From Thermoproteota archaeon (GTDB lineage Archaea; Thermoproteota; Thermoprotei; Gearchaeales; Gearchaeaceae): a stretch of 64,000 nucleotides of DNA. Of this stretch, positions 61,678-64,000 are shown in pieces; position 1 is the first letter of the stretch, and each line of letters starts with the position of its first letter. The notes below the pieces were generated by a model that saw only the letters and a list, made by a program, of their open reading frames with translations, was not told the origin of the DNA and did no database searches. The stretch is from NCBI GenBank assembly GCA_032249235.1, contig JAVVGF010000003.1, positions 1 through 64,000 of the forward strand, in the 5' to 3' direction. The position numbers and the translations under genes are program-made.

Positions 61678-61716
61678 CTATCTTTCTCCACGCCTTGAAA
61701 AGGCAAGGGCTCTCTT
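61678..61716 (-). mobile_element. Degenerate IS200/IS605 right-end hairpin fragment
   Basis: Minus strand GAGCCCTTGCCTTTTCAAGGCGTGGAGAAAGATAG parallels the element end at 60695-60730; GCCTT-GAA-AAGGC hairpin. Confidence 0.45.
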
Positions 61717-61782
61717 TCCAAAGCGATTCATTGTTCCCACCATAGATTGGAATTACATATCGCATATGAGAGACAGTAAGTA

Positions 61783-61899
61783 GCACAGGAGAGGATAGAT
61801 GATTATTCGAAGAGAGCAGTCGAAGCAGCTGTAGAGATGGTTTATAAGATGAGGAAACTTAGCGAACATGGAAAAATTGAAGGGATTGTAGAGATATGA
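61783..61899 (+). pseudogene. ribH: 3' remnant of lumazine synthase (RibH)
   Basis: AQERIDDYSKRAVEAAVEMVYKMRKL...EI*; matches the archaeal RibH C-terminal helix; 5' part missing. Confidence 0.7.
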
Positions 61900-62045
61900 T
61901 ACGCTTAGGTGTAATACAATTAAAAGATTATGAGAACTGGATAAAACTGTTAGGTTTCGATAGGGAGTGGGTTGTTCAGGCTACACAAGCCCTTGAATTA
62001 ATTCGAGATGGAAGATGTAGTAATATTTGCATCCTAGAGGAATAG
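61896..62045 (+). pseudogene. gch3: Internally deleted GTP cyclohydrolase III (IIa)
   Basis: MIRLGVIQLKDYENWIKLLGFDREWVVQATQA|LELIRDGRCSNICILEE*; Y..W...LG.DREW..Q is the crenarchaeal GCH III N-terminus; ATGA overlap with the ribH remnant. Confidence 0.72.
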
Positions 62046-62121
62046 AAGCAAGAGTTAAGATATGAGATTTAATGTCTTAAACTCAGAAAAGGATTAAAGT
62101 CTGTACCATATATAACCAAGA

Positions 62122-62271
62122 AAACCTTTTGTTCCATACTCAAGATTGGCCATTGATTGTGTAACTATTATTATAATACGTGAGAACTAGAGCACCTACC
62201 GCTAAGAATTATTAGTAAAGCCCCATCTCATGTATCTTCGTTCTGAACATCAATAACTGTTAAAATGTCAT
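62122..62271 (-). pseudogene. Degenerate 5' fragment of a DUF1028 paralogue
   Basis: Aligns by eye to 58669-58831 (CCTTTTGTTCC.TA.TC.AGATT.GC, GC.CCTAC.GCTAA.AATT, AAAATGTCAT); encodes TQSMANLEYGTKG. Confidence 0.72.
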
Positions 62272-62335
62272 AATCAGATACGTAAAAATTAATTATTTAC
62301 AAAAATTCAATTAATTTATTACTGTTATCTTATTT

Positions 62336-63004
62336 ATGGATAAAGAAAACTTTAGAAAGCCTTATTTGATAATCTTCTCCACTATGACAATAGATGGCAG
62401 GATTGCAAGTAAAACATGGTTTTCTAATTTAAGCTGTCCAAAGGATCTAGAGAGGTTGCATAAGCTAAGAGCTGAAACAGGTGCCGTAATGATTGGAGCT
62501 GAAACTGTCATAAAAGATGATCCTTCATTGAGATTGAAGTACTTTAAAGGAGATGATCCATATAAAATAATTATAGATGGTTTATTAAGAGTACCCATAT
62601 CTGCTAGAGTTTTTACTATCAATCCTGAAAAAGCTATATTATTTACTTCTAAATTTGCGGATGAAGAAAAAATAAGGGCATTAAAAGAAAAAGGTGTTAG
62701 AGTTTTTCAATTTGAAACAAAGATTCTGAATTTAAGGGAAGTATTGAATAAGTTGTATGAGCTAGGCTTAAAGAAAATAATGGTTGAGGGAGGAGGTGTA
62801 TTGAATTGGAATTTGCTCAACTCAAAATTGGTTGATGAGCTAAGAATAACAATATCTCCTTATGTTTTCGGGAAAGGAAGGAGCGTATTTGATGGTGAAG
62901 GTTATTCTAATACTTCAGAAAGTCCTAAGTTTGAATTGAAAAGCTATGAAATTTGCGAATGCGGCAATGAAGTCCATTTAATTTATAAAGTCAATTATTC
63001 TTAA
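62336..63004 (+). CDS. arfC: 2,5-diamino-6-(ribosylamino)-4(3H)-pyrimidinone 5'-phosphate reductase (RibD C-terminal/Rib7)
   Basis: TIDGRIA, HKLRA, AVMIGAETVIKDDPSL, MVEGGG, LVDEL...SP. Confidence 0.9.
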   Translation: MDKENFRKPYLIIFSTMTIDGRIASKTWFSNLSCPKDLERLHKLRAETGAVMIGAETVIKDDPSLRLKYFKGDDPYKIIIDGLLRVPISARVFTINPEKAILFTSKFADEEKIRALKEKGVRVFQFETKILNLREVLNKLYELGLKKIMVEGGGVLNWNLLNSKLVDELRITISPYVFGKGRSVFDGEGYSNTSESPKFELKSYEICECGNEVHLIYKVNYS

Positions 63005-63140
63005 TGAAAAGCTTAAGCTTTAAGTTTAAAATTTCTAGCATATCTATTTATAAAACAATACATTCTAACTTAATTAACTCTAGTTTTTTTAATAGAAATT
63101 GCTCTAATAAATTTTTATAGTTCAATATTTCTTAGTATAA

Positions 63141-63998
63141 TTAGAATCTGATTCTATTTCCATTAATATATATTTCAATAATTGAGCTACTATCGATTCT
63201 TTTTATAAAAGTCAATAACTTATTATAAGATTTATCCAATCCTATTCTTTCATTAGAGACAATCAAAAAGTCAGCAGGATATCCTTCTTTAATTATTCCC
63301 CCTTTCTTATTGAAGAGTTTGTATCCATTAATAGTTGCCCATTTAATCAATTGCTTAGTGTAATCTATTCTAGTTAAATTCCTTATTCTAATCATCAAAG
63401 TTTCAATCTCTCTCCAAATGTATGGTGAAACCCAACCTATATTATCGGTACCTATGGCAACATCGGCTTCTTCTTTAAGTAAACTTATGACATCAGGAAA
63501 ACCTACATTGAACCAAAGATTCGATCTAGGACAGATGATAATGAATTTTTTTAATTCCTTAATCTTCCTTATTTCATCAAGATTCAGGTGCGTACAATGT
63601 ACGAATGCATCAGGATTTAAGTTATCTAAAGCTATCCAAAAGTCTTTGTTATCATGATTTCCTTTTGTTTCGCTTACATGTATATGTATGAATTTATCTT
63701 TGAATATTTCTCTCATCAATCTCATTTCATCCTCGTTATATGCGAAAGAATCTGGAATACCTAAGCCATCAGCATAATAATAAAGTTTCTTGAGTTCATC
63801 CTCTATATTTAATTTTGAAGGTCTTCCTAGTATTAAATATCTTTCATGAAACTTTTCAGTCGCTTCGCTAGCACCTTTAAATCCTCCTTCAACAAAATCT
63901 GCTATGATTGAATAACCTAGTCGAATGAGGTTTTTCACCCATTTAATTCTAGTTTCTTTAAGTAATGCTTTATCAATTTTCTCAAGCATTTTATGTTT
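63141..63998 (-). CDS. Amidohydrolase-family metal-dependent hydrolase (5' end outside the window)
   Basis: ADFVEGG, HIHVSE, VHCTH, CPRSN, GTDN, G..ADF; frame open to the window edge (KHKML). Confidence 0.85.
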   Translation of the reverse strand, partial: KHKMLEKIDKALLKETRIKWVKNLIRLGYSIIADFVEGGFKGASEATEKFHERYLILGRPSKLNIEDELKKLYYYADGLGIPDSFAYNEDEMRLMREIFKDKFIHIHVSETKGNHDNKDFWIALDNLNPDAFVHCTHLNLDEIRKIKELKKFIIICPRSNLWFNVGFPDVISLLKEEADVAIGTDNIGWVSPYIWREIETLMIRIRNLTRIDYTKQLIKWATINGYKLFNKKGGIIKEGYPADFLIVSNERIGLDKSYNKLLTFIKRIDSSSIIEIYINGNRIRF

Positions 63999-64000
63999 TA

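Noticed and set aside
1-64000. tRNA/rRNA genes, integrase or provirus
   Set aside because: No GC-rich cloverleaf or rRNA-like tracts, and no integrase, capsid or att-like repeats were seen.

Overview
AT-rich archaeal chromosomal window, probably from an aerobic thermophilic Thermoproteota-type organism. Markers are gatE, aTrm56, TIP49, Clp1, PhoH-KH, PaREP1, HEPN-MNT and mostly very short intergenic gaps. The first ~51 kb is gene-dense. It carries an MntR/MntH module, an orphan cas6 with a Cys-rich insert, and a RavA/ViaA-like AAA-VWA-orfX-DUF72/SWIM operon preceded by a single CRISPR-repeat-like 31-mer. It also carries ABC transporters (including Liv), a stand-alone LigD-type primase-polymerase, a six-gene 4-hydroxyphenylacetate (hpa) catabolic cluster, a secreted His-rich repeat protein, a HutH-like lyase and a MoxR-DUF58 operon. 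From ~51 to 62.3 kb the sequence is an accessory, decaying region: two PaREP1 genes, intact and broken HEPN/MNT pairs, non-autonomous IS200/IS605- and IS607-like relics retaining TnpB omega-RNA-like sequence (one inserted exactly in a PaREP1 stop codon), and eroded ribH/gch3 riboflavin genes. I found no multi-repeat CRISPR array, tRNA or rRNA. All family calls come from motif recognition by eye; no searches were run.
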